A DNA stretch of 64,000 bases, taken from an uncultured Actinomycetota bacterium (GTDB lineage Bacteria; Actinomycetota; Actinomycetes; Mycobacteriales; CADCTP01). The notes under the pieces were generated by a model. The model made no database searches and had not been told where the DNA came from. It worked only from the letters and a program-made list of their open reading frames with translations. Shown piece after piece: positions 63,201 to 64,000 of this stretch. Positions within the stretch are counted from its first letter, which is position 1, and the number at the start of each line of letters is the position of its first letter. Location: positions 180,848-244,847 of the forward strand of contig CAVYOJ010000002.1 of assembly GCA_963770145.1 (NCBI GenBank), written 5' to 3'. The position numbers and the translations under genes were made by a program.

Positions 63201-63386
63201 GGCCGAACCGCAGCGCCGGAGCGTGCCGGAGCCGGCGCAAAACCCCGCCCCGGCCGCAACGGGGAGAAGCCGGGTCGGGGTCCGGCAGGCCGCGCGGCCG
63301 GGACGGGGCGTGAAGGGAGACGCCCCAGCCGCAGCGGCATGACGCCGGGCGGCGAACTGTCACCCCACCGCCGTACGCTCCTTCGC

Positions 63387-64000
63387 ATGGTGCTCATCGG
63401 TGCCCACCTGCACGAGGGCGAGCCCCTGGCCGAGGCACGGGCCCGCGAGGCGGAGATCCTGCAGTTCTTCCTGGGCGACCCGCAGGGCTGGAAGAAGCCG
63501 CCGGACCGCAGCGCCGAGACCGACCCGCTGACGCGAGGCCGGCATCGGGCTCTACGTGCACGCGCCCTACCTGGTCAACGTGGCGACGACGAACAACAAG
63601 ATCCGCATCCCGAGCCGCAAGATCCTCGACCAGCACGCGGAGGCCGCGGCCGCGCTGGGCGCGCGCGGGCTGATCGTGCACGGCGGCCACATGAACGACG
63701 GCGACGACCCGCAGGTCGGCTTCGACAACTGGCGCAAGGTGTTCGAGCGGGCGCACTTCGAGCTGCCGATCCTCATCGAGAACACGGCCGGCGGCGACAA
63801 CGCGATGGCCCGGCGGCTGGACCGGATCGCCCGGCTGTGGGACGCGGTCGGCGAGTTCGGCCCCGGCTTCTGCCTCGACACCTGCCACGCGCACGCCGGC
63901 GGCGAGGAGCTGCTCGACCTGGTCGACCGGGTCAAGGCGATCACCGGCCGGATCGACCTGGTGCACGCCAACGGCTCCCGGGACCCGTTCGGCTCCGGCG
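63387..64000 (+). CDS. nfo: deoxyribonuclease IV (endonuclease IV), 3' end beyond the window; frame interrupted near 63533
   Basis: ATG at 63387. [38 protein letters not shown] joins [29 protein letters not shown]...GLIVHGGH...[10 protein letters not shown]...[11 protein letters not shown]...LVHANGS. Not in the ORF track because no stop is reached. Confidence 0.85.
   Translation, partial: MVLIGAHLHEGEPLAEARAREAEILQFFLGDPQGWKKPPDRSAETDPLTRGRHRALRARALPGQRGDDEQQDPHPEPQDPRPARGGRGRAGRARADRARRPHERRRRPAGRLRQLAQGVRAGALRAADPHREHGRRRQRDGPAAGPDRPAVGRGRRVRPRLLPRHLPRARRRRGAARPGRPGQGDHRPDRPGARQRLPGPVRLR

Overview
This is a high-GC (roughly 70-75% by eye) actinobacterial chromosomal segment. Its core gene content is dnaB (with an intein), rplI-rpsR-ssb-rpsF, pckG, sthA, pgm, a branched-chain 2-oxoacid dehydrogenase operon and a methionine-salvage operon. 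That looks like an origin-proximal core region of a Micromonosporaceae/Actinoplanes-like genome, but the taxon is inference only. I recognise about 65 protein genes. I saw no rRNA, tRNA, CRISPR array or transposase. The only mobile element is a LAGLIDADG-type intein inside dnaB. The dominant technical feature is a very large number (about 80 or more) of single-base indels. They make well-conserved proteins jump between reading frames, so about half of the genes are split across several ORFs of the supplied track. I report these genes as single CDS with the approximate break points, because no in-frame nonsense codons were seen and sequencing or assembly error is the most likely cause. CDS coordinates include the stop codon. 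Many very long ORFs in the track (235..3696, 1752..4283, 28775..31843, 44460..46466) are high-GC artefacts or frame chimeras. The most interesting observations are: (1) a helically phased, same-orientation array of DnaA-box-like 9-mers directly upstream of dnaB; (2) an orphan type VII secretion substrate-like module, comprising a WXG-containing T7SS-signal protein, an EspC-like protein and two SseB-family proteins; (3) a tightly coupled operon of a small acidic protein, a HipA-like kinase, DUF3037 and a GT-C membrane protein; (4) an orphan barstar-domain protein followed by a repeat-module protein and a 17-bp x5 tandem repeat; (5) two identical 17-bp palindromes overlapping a leaderless promoter; (6) an over-represented near-palindrome GTCCACAGTGGAC inside unrelated genes. 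I found no clearly novel defence or biosynthetic system that I can support beyond these candidates.
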